Shown here in pieces: positions 23,707 through 32,000 of a stretch of DNA of 32,000 nucleotides. The first letter of the stretch is position 1. The number at the start of each line of letters is the position of its first letter. Source of the stretch: an uncultured Opitutales bacterium (GTDB lineage: Bacteria > Verrucomicrobiota > Verrucomicrobiia > Opitutales > Intestinicryptomonadaceae); assembly GCA_934660865.1 (NCBI GenBank), contig CAKUIA010000021.1, positions 1-32,000 on the forward strand, in the 5' to 3' direction. Under the pieces are notes generated by a model, which searched no databases, was not told the origin of the DNA, and worked only from the letters and a program-made list of their open reading frames with translations. A program made the translations under genes and the position numbers.

Positions 23707-25824
23707 ATGAATAAGAAACGCATATATATGTTGGGCAGGGTTGCCGTTTTGTTTTTTGCGCTTTTCGCTTCGCTTTGCGCCTTCGGCGAAAATCCGGAAA
23801 AGCAGCGCGCATTTTCGGGCGAATGGATAACAACGCCCATGTTCGAAAATCTGCAAAAAATAAACGTATTTCGCCGCCAGCTAGACGGCAAAAGGGCGGC
23901 AGAAATAAAAAAGCTTTCTACCATACGAAACAAGCACATATTGTTCAGAAAAACTTTCGAGCTGCCCGAAGCCGTCAAGAATGCCCGGCTTTATTTTTCG
24001 GCCGACGACTACGCGAAAATCTACATAAACGGGCAGTTTGTAGCGCAGGGGCCGACGGCGGCCTACAACTTCCACTACCTATACAATACGGTAGACGTTT
24101 CCAAATTCCTCAAAAAGGGCAAAAACACGATAGCAGTTCACAGCTACTATCAGGGGCTTATAAACAGGGTGTGGGTTAGCGGCGACAACCGCCACGGCTT
24201 TATTTGCGATATTGTTGCCGACGGCAAAACCGTTTTAAAGAGCGACAATTCCTTTAAATATGCCTATCACGACGCGTTTACCGCCACGGGCATTGTCGGT
24301 TACGACACCCAGTTTATGGAAAGCTACAACGCCAGTGCCGCCCAAGTCGGTTTTGAAAACCCCGATTTTGACGATTCTAAATGGCAAAGCGCCGTTGTCG
24401 CCAAGCTGGCCGACTACACTTTGTTTGAGTCTCCGCTTGCAAATTTGCAGTTCGAAACAATTAAGCCGAAAGTTATAGAGCGCCGCGGCAGGCGCATTTT
24501 TGCGGATTTCGGTGCAATGTATGTGGGCTATTTTAACATGAAGGCCTCCGGCAAAAAGGGCGCAAAAATCGAACTGCGCTTCGGCCAAGAGCTTAACGAC
24601 GACGGCTCGGTGCGCTACAAGCTTAGGGCAAATTGCGATTATAGAGAGCACTTCATACTCTCGGGCAAAAAGGGCGACACGCTCGACCAGTTCGACTACA
24701 AGTCGTTTAGATATGCCGAAATTATAGCGCCCGAAGGCGCGGATATAGACGAAAAATCCGTAGAGCTTGTCGCCCGCCATATGCCCTTTAAGCTTAAGGC
24801 GCAATGCAGGTACAAGGGCGACAAAACAGTCGAAAAAATCTGGAACTTGTGCGTGCGTTCCATGCAATACGGCGTGCAGGAACAGATACAAGACTGCATG
24901 GACAGGGAAAAGGGCTACTATTTGGGCGACGGCTGCTACACAATGCTTACCTATTGCGTGCTTACTAACGACTACGCTCCCATGAAAAAAATGGTAGACG
25001 ACTTTTTGCGAACCTCGTTTATAGACGGCGGTTTGGTAACCTGCGCAAACTGCTCGTTTATGCAGGAAATTGCGGAATATCCCTTTATGATGTTTATGCT
25101 TTTGCCCGTGCTTGAAAAGCGCGACGCCGAGTTTGTAAGGCAAAGAATGGGGCAGTTTAAAAATATATTGGACTATTATGCGAAAAACTACGCCGAAAAA
25201 GACGGGCTTTTGAACAATCTCGACAAATGGTGCGTTGTTGAATGGCCCGCGTCTTGGCAGGACAACTACGATGTAGACGTAAGCGAAGGAAAGGTATGCC
25301 GCACAAAGCACAATGTTATAAACGCATGGTATGTTGGGGCGGTGTTGCTATACAACAAAACGGCGCGCAGGCTTGGAATGTCGGAATATGCGGGGCAAAC
25401 ACAGTTAAAAGAGGCCTTTGTAAACGCGTTTTTCGACAAGGAAAAGAACTTGTTTAAAGATTCGGTTGCAAGCACACATACGAGTTTTCCCGCAAACATA
25501 TATCCGTGGTTTTTGGGCTTGTGCCCAAACAAAGAATCTAGCCAAAACATTTTGGAGATGGTAAAAAAAGAGAGAATGCAAAAAAGCATTTTGTTTATAA
25601 CATTTCCAATGTTTGCCTCGCTTAGAAGGGACGGGCAAGAAGGGCTTTTATACGAATTGCTGACCGACAAAAACGCCTGGCTTAAGATGCTCGAAGAGGG
25701 GGCTACCGCCACGTTTGAGGGCTGGAGCAAAACCTCAAAGCGCAACGCCTCTATGTTCCACCTAACGCTTGCGTGCGCAGCCGTGTTTATGGCCGACTAC
25801 GACATAAACGAGATTTTCGAATAG
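23707..25824 (+). CDS. GH78 alpha-L-rhamnosidase-like glycoside hydrolase, secreted
   Basis: Signal peptide MNKKRIYMLGRVAVLFFALFASLCAFG. ARLYFSADDYAKIYINGQFVAQGP...YNTVDVSKFLKKGKNTIAV matches the rhamnosidase N-domain pattern. QDCMDREKGYYLGDG resembles the DCPxRERxGWxGD six-hairpin motif. Confidence 0.75.
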   Translation: MNKKRIYMLGRVAVLFFALFASLCAFGENPEKQRAFSGEWITTPMFENLQKINVFRRQLDGKRAAEIKKLSTIRNKHILFRKTFELPEAVKNARLYFSADDYAKIYINGQFVAQGPTAAYNFHYLYNTVDVSKFLKKGKNTIAVHSYYQGLINRVWVSGDNRHGFICDIVADGKTVLKSDNSFKYAYHDAFTATGIVGYDTQFMESYNASAAQVGFENPDFDDSKWQSAVVAKLADYTLFESPLANLQFETIKPKVIERRGRRIFADFGAMYVGYFNMKASGKKGAKIELRFGQELNDDGSVRYKLRANCDYREHFILSGKKGDTLDQFDYKSFRYAEIIAPEGADIDEKSVELVARHMPFKLKAQCRYKGDKTVEKIWNLCVRSMQYGVQEQIQDCMDREKGYYLGDGCYTMLTYCVLTNDYAPMKKMVDDFLRTSFIDGGLVTCANCSFMQEIAEYPFMMFMLLPVLEKRDAEFVRQRMGQFKNILDYYAKNYAEKDGLLNNLDKWCVVEWPASWQDNYDVDVSEGKVCRTKHNVINAWYVGAVLLYNKTARRLGMSEYAGQTQLKEAFVNAFFDKEKNLFKDSVASTHTSFPANIYPWFLGLCPNKESSQNILEMVKKERMQKSILFITFPMFASLRRDGQEGLLYELLTDKNAWLKMLEEGATATFEGWSKTSKRNASMFHLTLACAAVFMADYDINEIFE

Positions 25825-25827
25825 GGC

Positions 25828-25900
25828 GCTGCGGTTAAACCCCGCAGCCGTTTTGCCGCCTTTTTTACAAACAAAAATCCCGAAATTTTCGGGATTTTTT
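25828..25900. terminator. Two tandem hairpins forming a bidirectional terminator region
   Basis: First hairpin: gctgcgg (25828-25834), loop ttaaacc, ccgcagc (25842-25848). Second hairpin: aaatcccgaaa / tttcgggattt (about 25875-25897), followed by ttt and preceded by an A-run. Confidence 0.6.
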
Positions 25901-25940
25901 GCGTTTTAAATGCCGTTTTTTGCCGAAAACTTTTTGGGCT

Positions 25941-26597
25941 TTAAACGTGGTAGTGCCATTTATATTCTATTTTGGCGATGTGCTCCATTATTCGGTCGGC
26001 TATTATCTGGGCGCGGTCGTGGTTCCCCTTTTGGGGGTCTATGTCGGCAACGTTAATGGGGTTGCCCGCAATTATCGTTATGCGCGTGCCCGCCGTAACT
26101 TTGTTGGATTTCGGCATAATCTTGAAATATCCGAAACTGCGTATCGGCAAAACGGGAATTTTAGCCTTAAGCGCCAGCATTGCAGCCCCCGGTTTTGCCT
26201 TCAGCAAATTGCCGTCTTCGGTGCGCGTGCCTTCGGGGAAAATAATAAGCGAATGCCCGTTTTTTATGCGCTTAAGAGCCTCTCTTATTGCCCCGAAATC
26301 GTTGCCGCCGCGCTTTATGGGAATTGCGTTTAGCGCCGAAAAATATATGCGCAAAATGGGGTTTTTCATAAGCGTGTCGCGCGCTATAACCGAAACGTTG
26401 TCGTTATGGAAAACCGACATTGTAGGCGGGTCTAAAAAGCTTACGTGGTTTGCAACTATAATGCAGTTGCGCTTTGGGGCCTTGTCGAAACCGTATATTT
26501 CTATTCTGCCGAGCAAATCGTTGAACGCGAAAAAAACGTGCCACGATACGCAGTACCAAAAGCCCGAATTTTTTAACGATGCAAATGTTGTTTTCAT
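25941..26597 (-). CDS. plsC: 1-acyl-sn-glycerol-3-phosphate acyltransferase
   Basis: ANHVSFLDPP (HX4D), IFPEGTRT and PVLPI. Start taken at MKTTFASLK (26597), which shares 1 nt with the upstream stop (TAATG). Confidence 0.8.
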   Translation of the reverse strand: MKTTFASLKNSGFWYCVSWHVFFAFNDLLGRIEIYGFDKAPKRNCIIVANHVSFLDPPTMSVFHNDNVSVIARDTLMKNPILRIYFSALNAIPIKRGGNDFGAIREALKRIKNGHSLIIFPEGTRTEDGNLLKAKPGAAMLALKAKIPVLPIRSFGYFKIMPKSNKVTAGTRITIIAGNPINVADIDPQKGNHDRAQIIADRIMEHIAKIEYKWHYHV

Positions 26598-28567
26598 TAT
26601 GCCTGTAAAATTATTGAAATGCTTTTTTGTATAACCTCGTCTTTTGTCATATACGAAGTGTCTATTTTTATTGCGCCTTCGGGGCAAAGCAGGGGGGCTG
26701 TTTTGCGCTTGCTGTCAAGGGCGTCGCGCTTTGCAACCGAGTCGCCAATGCCCTCTTTTGCGCGCCGCGCCGCCCTCGTTTCGGGGTTGGCGTCTAAAAA
26801 TATCCTTACGTCGGCGTCGGGGAAAATAACCGAGCCGATATCCCTGCCTTCCATAATAAGCCCGTTAAAGCCAAGCTTTTTCGCCTCGTCTTTCATCGAG
26901 CGCTGGTAGTTTTTAAGAAATTCCCTTAAAAACGGCTTTGCGGCAAAATAGGCTACGTTTGAGTTTATCCTTTCGGTTCTTATGTCGCAGTCTTTTACAA
27001 TATGGCCGTCTACCGCCATTTTGGCCTGGTTTTTTCCCTCTATTTTGGTGGAAATTTCAAGCCCGTTTATCGCTTTTAAAATTTCGGCGTCGGGGCTGTT
27101 GTAGCTTAGGTTGTTTTCAAGCAAAATATACGTTAAGGTTCTGTAGTGCGAACCCGTGTCGACGTGCATATAGTTAAGGGTTTTAGAGCTTTCCTTAGAA
27201 ACGCTCGATTTGCCGACGGCAGCTCCGCCGTCGATTGCAACAACTTTAAATCGGTCGGATTGCATTTTCCAATTCTCCATATCTTCAAAAAATTCGGGCC
27301 AGGTTTTGCCGCAGCATTGCGGGTTTTGTATGTCTATCCACGAAGCTCCGTTTAGGTTGCATGTGCCCAAAACGGCAAAGGCCATCGCCATTCTGTGGTC
27401 GTTGTAGGTTTCTATTAAAACGGGTTTTTGCGCGGTTTGCCTAAGCTCTTCGGGCAACGGCGGGGCAATGTCTATCGAGTCGTTGTCTATTTCCACGCTT
27501 TTGCACAGTTTTTTTAGCTCTGTTGCCATCGCCAAAACCCTGTCGGTTTCCTGCTTTCGGGTGTGGGCAATGCCCGTAATTTTCATTTTTTTACCAAGCA
27601 AGGGCGATATTGCCGCCAGGCTTAAAAATGTGTCGGAAATTGCGTTGAAATCCAAATCGGCGCTGCAGTCGAAATTGTGCAGGCTTTCCACAAGCAGGTC
27701 GCCGTCTACATTCGCCGTTTTTACCAATCCGATTTTGCGCAATATGTCGGAATATTCGGCGTCGCCCTGAAGCCTGCATTTTGCGAAATTTTTTACCAAA
27801 ACAGCCCCTTTGTTTACGGCCGCCATTGTAATGGGGTAGCTTGCGGCGGTAGCGTCGGGTTCAACTTCGTATTCGCCTATTCGGGTAGCTTGCTCCTGTC
27901 TTTTTATTTTGTAGCAGGTATCGGCCACTTGGGCGCAAAACCCGAATTGCTCCATCATTTTTATTGTCATTTCGACAAACGGTTTCGAAACCGTGCCGCC
28001 GTTTAATTGTACAAGCGAATCGCTTTCGGCCCTTGCCGACACCATTAAAAACGCCGACAAAATTTGGCTTGAGGCGGTTGCGTCTATAACGGTTTTTCCG
28101 CCGCAAAGCCCCGCGGTTTTCATCTTAAAGGGGAATGCAAATTCCTCGCCCAAAAACTCGAATTTTGCCCCCGAATTTTCTAGGGCAAGCAACAGTCCCT
28201 TTACGGGGCGTTTGTACATTTCCTCGTCGGAATCGAAAATGTATTCGCCGCCCCTTGCAAGGGCGCACAATGCGGTTATAAACCGCGCCGCCGTTCCCGC
28301 ATTGCCAACAAAAAGTTTTGCGTGCGCGTTCGGTATTTTGCCGCCAAGCCCGGTAATGGAAATGTCGTTTGCGTTTTCCGAAATTTCGAAGCCCAGCTTT
28401 TTAAGGCAGTCGAGCATAATTACGGTATCGCGCGAGCGCAGTATGTTGCGCACAACAACGCGCCCGTCGCAAAGCGATGCCAAAAGCAAGGCCCTGTTTG
28501 TTATGCTTTTAGACGACGGCAGCTTTGCCGAAAACGCCGCGCCTTTGTTGAAGGTTTTTATAAGCAT
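26597..28567 (-). CDS. aroA/cmk: Bifunctional 3-phosphoshikimate 1-carboxyvinyltransferase (EPSP synthase) / cytidylate kinase fusion
   Basis: The N-terminal ~430 aa has LPSSKSITNRALLLASLCDG, GNAGTAARF and NDHRMAMAFAVL (AroA). The C-terminal ~215 aa has VVAIDGGAAVGKSSVSKE...YMHVDTGSHYR (Cmk P-loop/NMP region) and RAARRAKE. Confidence 0.85.
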   Translation of the reverse strand: MLIKTFNKGAAFSAKLPSSKSITNRALLLASLCDGRVVVRNILRSRDTVIMLDCLKKLGFEISENANDISITGLGGKIPNAHAKLFVGNAGTAARFITALCALARGGEYIFDSDEEMYKRPVKGLLLALENSGAKFEFLGEEFAFPFKMKTAGLCGGKTVIDATASSQILSAFLMVSARAESDSLVQLNGGTVSKPFVEMTIKMMEQFGFCAQVADTCYKIKRQEQATRIGEYEVEPDATAASYPITMAAVNKGAVLVKNFAKCRLQGDAEYSDILRKIGLVKTANVDGDLLVESLHNFDCSADLDFNAISDTFLSLAAISPLLGKKMKITGIAHTRKQETDRVLAMATELKKLCKSVEIDNDSIDIAPPLPEELRQTAQKPVLIETYNDHRMAMAFAVLGTCNLNGASWIDIQNPQCCGKTWPEFFEDMENWKMQSDRFKVVAIDGGAAVGKSSVSKESSKTLNYMHVDTGSHYRTLTYILLENNLSYNSPDAEILKAINGLEISTKIEGKNQAKMAVDGHIVKDCDIRTERINSNVAYFAAKPFLREFLKNYQRSMKDEAKKLGFNGLIMEGRDIGSVIFPDADVRIFLDANPETRAARRAKEGIGDSVAKRDALDSKRKTAPLLCPEGAIKIDTSYMTKDEVIQKSISIILQA

Positions 28568-28569
28568 GG

Positions 28570-29403
28570 CTAAAGCGATTCCCTAAATTTTTGCGAAGAC
28601 GCCAAAAACCTTTTTATGGCTTTGGTGTTGCCGCTTTTTAAAAGCTTTTCGAAATTTTTAAACTCGTCTATCTGGTTTTTTAACGCCTTTAAAATCGAGC
28701 TTTTGTTTTCGGTTATAATGTCGGTCCACAAAACGGGGCTGCCGCCCGCTATTCGGGTTGTATCTTTAAAGCCGGTGCTTAACGCAAACCTTTCGTTTTT
28801 GCCCTTTGCGTTTTTGCATAAAATGGCCGCGGTTATGTGGGGCAGGTGGCTTATTCGGGCAACGCACAAGTCGTGCGCTTGGGGCGTCATAAGCTTAACG
28901 CGCATTTTCAGCGATTTCCAAAAATTTTCCACAAACAGCGTAGCTTGGCGGTTTTTAGACGGAATTACCATGCACGGCCTATTGTCGAAAAGGTCTGCCG
29001 AAGCCCACTGCGAGCCAGATTTGTCGGAGCCCGCCATTGGGTGCGAGCCGACATAAAAGGCCTTCTTGCCCCTGTAGATTTTGTCTACAACGCCGCAGAT
29101 TGCGCCCTTAATGCTTGCAACATCGGTTACAACGGCGTTTTGCTTTAAATGCGGCAAAATTTCGGCGGCGTATTTTGCTATGGTAGAGGGATTCGTGCAA
29201 ATGACAACAATGTCGGCGTCTTTCACACATTCGGCTGGGGTGTTGCACACGGTGTCCGCAAGGCGTTTTGCCTTTTCGCGCGAAGACTGGCTGCGCGACC
29301 AAACGCTTATCTTTGCCCCTTTAATATTCTTTTTTGCCGAAAGGGCAAGCGAGCCGCCCAAAAGCCCCATACCTAGTATGGCTATGTTTTTTGCCGAATT
29401 CAT
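28570..29403 (-). CDS. tyrA: Prephenate dehydrogenase
   Basis: NIAILGMGLLGGSLA (NAD-binding GxGxxG) and VGSHPMAGS. Size is 277 aa. Confidence 0.8.
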   Translation of the reverse strand: MNSAKNIAILGMGLLGGSLALSAKKNIKGAKISVWSRSQSSREKAKRLADTVCNTPAECVKDADIVVICTNPSTIAKYAAEILPHLKQNAVVTDVASIKGAICGVVDKIYRGKKAFYVGSHPMAGSDKSGSQWASADLFDNRPCMVIPSKNRQATLFVENFWKSLKMRVKLMTPQAHDLCVARISHLPHITAAILCKNAKGKNERFALSTGFKDTTRIAGGSPVLWTDIITENKSSILKALKNQIDEFKNFEKLLKSGNTKAIKRFLASSQKFRESL

Positions 29404-29440
29404 GGTTAATATTTCGGGGCATTATGTGCAAACTGCCGTG

Positions 29441-30085
29441 CTATGCAATATTTTTTATGCCCGCGGCCTCCAGGGCCGCCTTTCTTTCCAAACAGGTTGC
29501 GCATTTGCCGCAGGGGCTGTCGCCGCCGTTGTAGCACGACCACGTTTTTGAAAAGTCTACCCCAAGCGACACTCCCAGTTTTGCGATTTCGGCTTTCGAC
29601 ATATCCACAAAGGGGGCAACCAGTTTCAGCTTCTTGTCGTCGCAAAGCGAAATTGCAGTTTGCATTGCCCTGGCAAATTCGGGGCGGCAGTCGGCGTAAA
29701 TTGCGTGGTCGCCCGAGTGCGCCGCATAGGCCACCGAATCGGCGTTCGAGGTTATCGCGTAGGCGGCGGCTATCGAAAGGAAAATCATATTGCGGTTCGG
29801 CACAACGGTGTCGGCCATATTTTGCGGGTTGTATTCGGCCAAAGGCACTTTTACCGATTCGTTTGTAAGGGCGCTGTTGCCGAAAACGGGCTTTAAAGAC
29901 GATATGTCGGCTACAAAATGCCTTACGCCCAGTTTTTGGCAGTTGTATTTTGCATATTCAATTTCCCTGTTGTGCCTTTGCCCGTAGTAAAAGCTTATTG
30001 CGGCCGCAACGGAGTTGTCGGCGTGCAGTTTGTAGAGCAAAACGGTGGAATCCAACCCGCCCGAATATATCAATACCGATTTCAT
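29441..30085 (-). CDS. queC: 7-cyano-7-deazaguanine synthase
   Basis: MKSVLIYSGGLDSTVLLYKL is the PP-loop SGGxDS. The C-terminal Zn cluster is CYNGGDSPCGKCATCLERKAA. The ATG at 30085 is used; the longer ORF to 30340 adds an Arg-rich implausible leader. Confidence 0.9.
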   Translation of the reverse strand: MKSVLIYSGGLDSTVLLYKLHADNSVAAAISFYYGQRHNREIEYAKYNCQKLGVRHFVADISSLKPVFGNSALTNESVKVPLAEYNPQNMADTVVPNRNMIFLSIAAAYAITSNADSVAYAAHSGDHAIYADCRPEFARAMQTAISLCDDKKLKLVAPFVDMSKAEIAKLGVSLGVDFSKTWSCYNGGDSPCGKCATCLERKAALEAAGIKNIA

Positions 30086-30181
30086 ATATGCCGCAATATT
30101 TTGCAGCGCAAAGCGCCTTTGTAAAGTATATTTGAAAATGCTTGATATGGCCGCGGCTTTCGGCTTACATATTGCGTTGTA

Positions 30182-31945
30182 ATGAGAACTTCTATTAAGC
30201 AGATAGTTGTTTTTGCGGGCGCGCTGGCCGCGGCGCTGCCGTGCGCGGGGCTGCTCGGGTTGCTGTATTTTAAAGCCCCGAATATAGACAGGATTTCCGA
30301 AAACATATTCGACGACGTTTCGGAGAACAACGCAAAGCACATTGTAGGCGACATTAGGGGGCTTTGCCGCATTATGGATTCGTCGCTAAAAAATTCGGCT
30401 GGCAAAGACGCATACGAATCGGAAAAGGAAAGCCTGAAAGAGTCTATCTGCAAAAATCTTGAAAGCACAAAAGTGGGCGCAACGGGCAATTTTTGGGTTG
30501 TGGAGTTTTTGGACGAATTCAATACCGTTGTGCGCGTTTCGAAAAAAGGGCTTAAAACGGGCAAGATTATAGAAAAAGACTTTAACGAGCTTGATTTAAA
30601 GCCCCTGCAAAAGGCCATAGGCGAGCTTTTGGCTGCTGCCAAAAAAAACGGCGAAAAAATCAACTTTGTAAAGCGTTCGCCGGCCGATATGCGCATAACG
30701 GGCGAAAGGTATACCGCATTTTGCTATCTTCCCGAATTTAAATGGGTTATTGGAGTATCTTTCGCCGACAACGTTCCCGAAAAACAGGCTGTTTCAAAGG
30801 CAAAGCCCATCGACAGCGTAGCCGACAAATTTTCGGCAAAACTCGGCTCTAAAAAGATGTTTTTAGACATTCTTACCGTTTCGCTTGTGCTGCTTGTAGG
30901 TGCGGTTGCAATTTCGCTTATAGTGTCGTCGAACATACTTGTGGGGTTTAAGTCGGCGAATATGGCGTTAAAGCTTTTAAAGTCGGGCAAGGTTAGAGAG
31001 GCCGCCTACATTCTAAGAAGCGCCTCGTTTAACAACAAAAATTCGTTCTCGGAAATGGACGAAATTTTCCAAAACATTGCGGGCTATATAAACAGGATAA
31101 ACGAATCGATTGTGTCTTCGAAATCGAAATCGGCCAGAATTTCCGAGCTTTCGCGCCGCATTTCGGCCTCGCTGTTCGCGTTCGAAAACTTTGTAAAGGC
31201 CGAGGATTTGTCGGTAAGGCAGGTGTACCAGCAGTCCAATTCCACCGCCTTTTCGGCGCACGCGCTAAGCGCCACTACGGCCGAATCTTCAAGGGAAATT
31301 TCGGAATTTGCGGTGCACTGCAAAAGCGCAAAGGCCCATTTTGAAGAGCTTGGCCGCGATATGGGCTATTTGGCGCTTTCGGCGACCGAAACGGCAAACA
31401 GGCTAAAAAGTTTGCTTGAAATGTCGGGCCAGATATTCCAGTCGCTTTCGCAGATAGAAAAGTTCGGCGAAAACGCGAATATGCTTTCGTTTAACATTGC
31501 AATAGCCGCCGAAAAAGACGGCGGGGCAAGCGCGGGGCTTTCGGCCGTATCGCGCGAAATACACAAAATTGCGCAAAACATAAAACAGCTTGGCAAAAAT
31601 GTCGAAACGGCCTCCAAAGACCTGCAAAATTCGCTGGCATGCGACATTGCCGACGCTTCGCTTTTCGTGTCGAAAATAGGCGAGGCAAACGCCGAATTGG
31701 CGGCGTTGACGGGCGATTTTTCCGACATAGACGGCTATGTGTCGGAGCTGGACAAGGGGTTTTCGCGCTTGTCAAAATCCATTGCCGAGCAGTTCGAAAT
31801 TTCGGGCAAACTTTCGGTTTCTATGGATATAGTCGCCCAAAGCTCCGAAAAAATCAGGGCAAAAAACGCCGATTTTAAGTCGTCGTCGGACTTGCTTAAG
31901 CTTTCGGCCGACACATTCAAGGGCGTATCGGAAAACTTTTCGTAA
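30182..31945 (+). CDS. Methyl-accepting chemotaxis protein-like transducer with periplasmic Cache-like domain
   Basis: Two TM segments (IVVFAGALAAALPCAG; ILTVSLVLLVGAVAISLIV) flank a ~200 aa sensor ending ERYTAFCYLPEFKWVIGVSF. The cytoplasmic coiled-coil has the hairpin core ANMLSFNIAIAAEKDGGASAGLSAVSREIHKIAQ, compared with consensus TNLLALNAAIEAARAGE.GRGFAVVA.EVRKLAE. Confidence 0.7.
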   Translation: MRTSIKQIVVFAGALAAALPCAGLLGLLYFKAPNIDRISENIFDDVSENNAKHIVGDIRGLCRIMDSSLKNSAGKDAYESEKESLKESICKNLESTKVGATGNFWVVEFLDEFNTVVRVSKKGLKTGKIIEKDFNELDLKPLQKAIGELLAAAKKNGEKINFVKRSPADMRITGERYTAFCYLPEFKWVIGVSFADNVPEKQAVSKAKPIDSVADKFSAKLGSKKMFLDILTVSLVLLVGAVAISLIVSSNILVGFKSANMALKLLKSGKVREAAYILRSASFNNKNSFSEMDEIFQNIAGYINRINESIVSSKSKSARISELSRRISASLFAFENFVKAEDLSVRQVYQQSNSTAFSAHALSATTAESSREISEFAVHCKSAKAHFEELGRDMGYLALSATETANRLKSLLEMSGQIFQSLSQIEKFGENANMLSFNIAIAAEKDGGASAGLSAVSREIHKIAQNIKQLGKNVETASKDLQNSLACDIADASLFVSKIGEANAELAALTGDFSDIDGYVSELDKGFSRLSKSIAEQFEISGKLSVSMDIVAQSSEKIRAKNADFKSSSDLLKLSADTFKGVSENFS

Positions 31946-32000
31946 AAACCCGGCGCAGGGCAGCCAAAAAAACCGCGTTTTTGTGCTTTTTTTAAGCAAA

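Noticed and set aside
24235-25311. 358-aa ORF on the minus strand
   Set aside because: It lies entirely antisense to the GH78 rhamnosidase-like gene. The translation is low-complexity (V/F/K/A/H-rich) with no recognisable motif, while the sense frame has clear family motifs. It is a shadow ORF.
25972-26634. 220-aa plus-strand ORF
   Set aside because: It is antisense to plsC (HX4D and PEGTR motifs lie on the minus frame). It has no family resemblance.
27993-28586. 197-aa plus-strand ORF
   Set aside because: It is antisense to the AroA domain of the aroA/cmk fusion and is a shadow ORF.
30086-30181. Possible preQ1 riboswitch upstream of queC
   Set aside because: Reading the minus strand, I found no preQ1-I or preQ1-II-like stem followed by the A-rich tail consensus. 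Only short GC palindromes (gccgcggc; gcgctttgcgc) are present. Not supported without a covariance-model scan.
30086-30340. N-terminal 85-aa extension of the queC ORF
   Set aside because: The extension is Arg/Gln-rich and would run through the divergent promoter into the MCP gene. QueC's PP-loop N-terminus begins at the ATG at 30085.
30082-30696. 204-aa minus-strand ORF
   Set aside because: It is antisense to the MCP-like gene N-terminus and overlaps the queC/MCP divergent promoter region. It has no motifs.
1-32000. CRISPR arrays, transposases/integrases, prophage modules, toxin-antitoxin or known defence-system genes
   Set aside because: No spaced direct repeats, no recombinase, transposase or nuclease-type ORFs, and no tRNA attachment sites were seen. 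The only tandem repeat is the intragenic 15-nt repeat at 20361-20714.
31946-32000. Terminator after the MCP gene
   Set aside because: The region is A/T-run rich (aaaaaaaccgcgtttttgtgcttttttt), but I could not form a convincing stem within the window. It may extend beyond the window edge.

Overview
This looks like a chromosomal window from a Gram-negative-type bacterium. By eye it has mid-range GC, few Shine-Dalgarno sequences, several TTG/GTG starts and many 1-16 nt gene overlaps. I cannot assign a taxon from sequence alone. No rRNA, tRNA, CRISPR array, transposase or integrase was seen.

Layout:
(i) 1-4.2 kb holds the 3' end of a GH2 beta-galactosidase, then a minus-strand operon of infA, FecCD permease, ABC ATPase and hemolysin-III family protein, then tadA and a small orphan ORF.
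(ii) 4.3-19.9 kb holds a ~15.6 kb, 16-gene type II FAS/PKS-like lipid gene cluster. Its logic resembles aryl-polyene (APE), flexirubin and xanthomonadin loci. It encodes two ACPs, two KS-CLF-like fusion proteins, a KAS III, FabG-like KR, FabZ-like DH, LolA-like and DUF3261-like secreted proteins, an MMPL/RND exporter, an LpxL-type acyltransferase, a PlsC-type acyltransferase, a GT2 and a VTT/DedA protein. No aryl-starter genes are visible. It carries two atypical members: a GcvT/YgfZ-family folate-type protein and an Isf-like Fe-S flavoprotein.
(iii) 20.0-20.9 kb encodes a protein with ~23 tandem GxxN[TS] pentads.
(iv) 21.0-25.8 kb is a sugar-utilisation locus with a Tat-signal Gfo/Idh/MocA oxidoreductase, a LacI regulator and a GH78 rhamnosidase-like enzyme.
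(v) 25.9-30.1 kb is a minus-strand operon of queC, tyrA, an aroA-cmk fusion and plsC.
(vi) 30.2-31.9 kb encodes a divergent methyl-accepting chemotaxis protein.

The lipid cluster is the best candidate for an undescribed system. All functional calls rest on motif recognition in the supplied translations; no database search was run.
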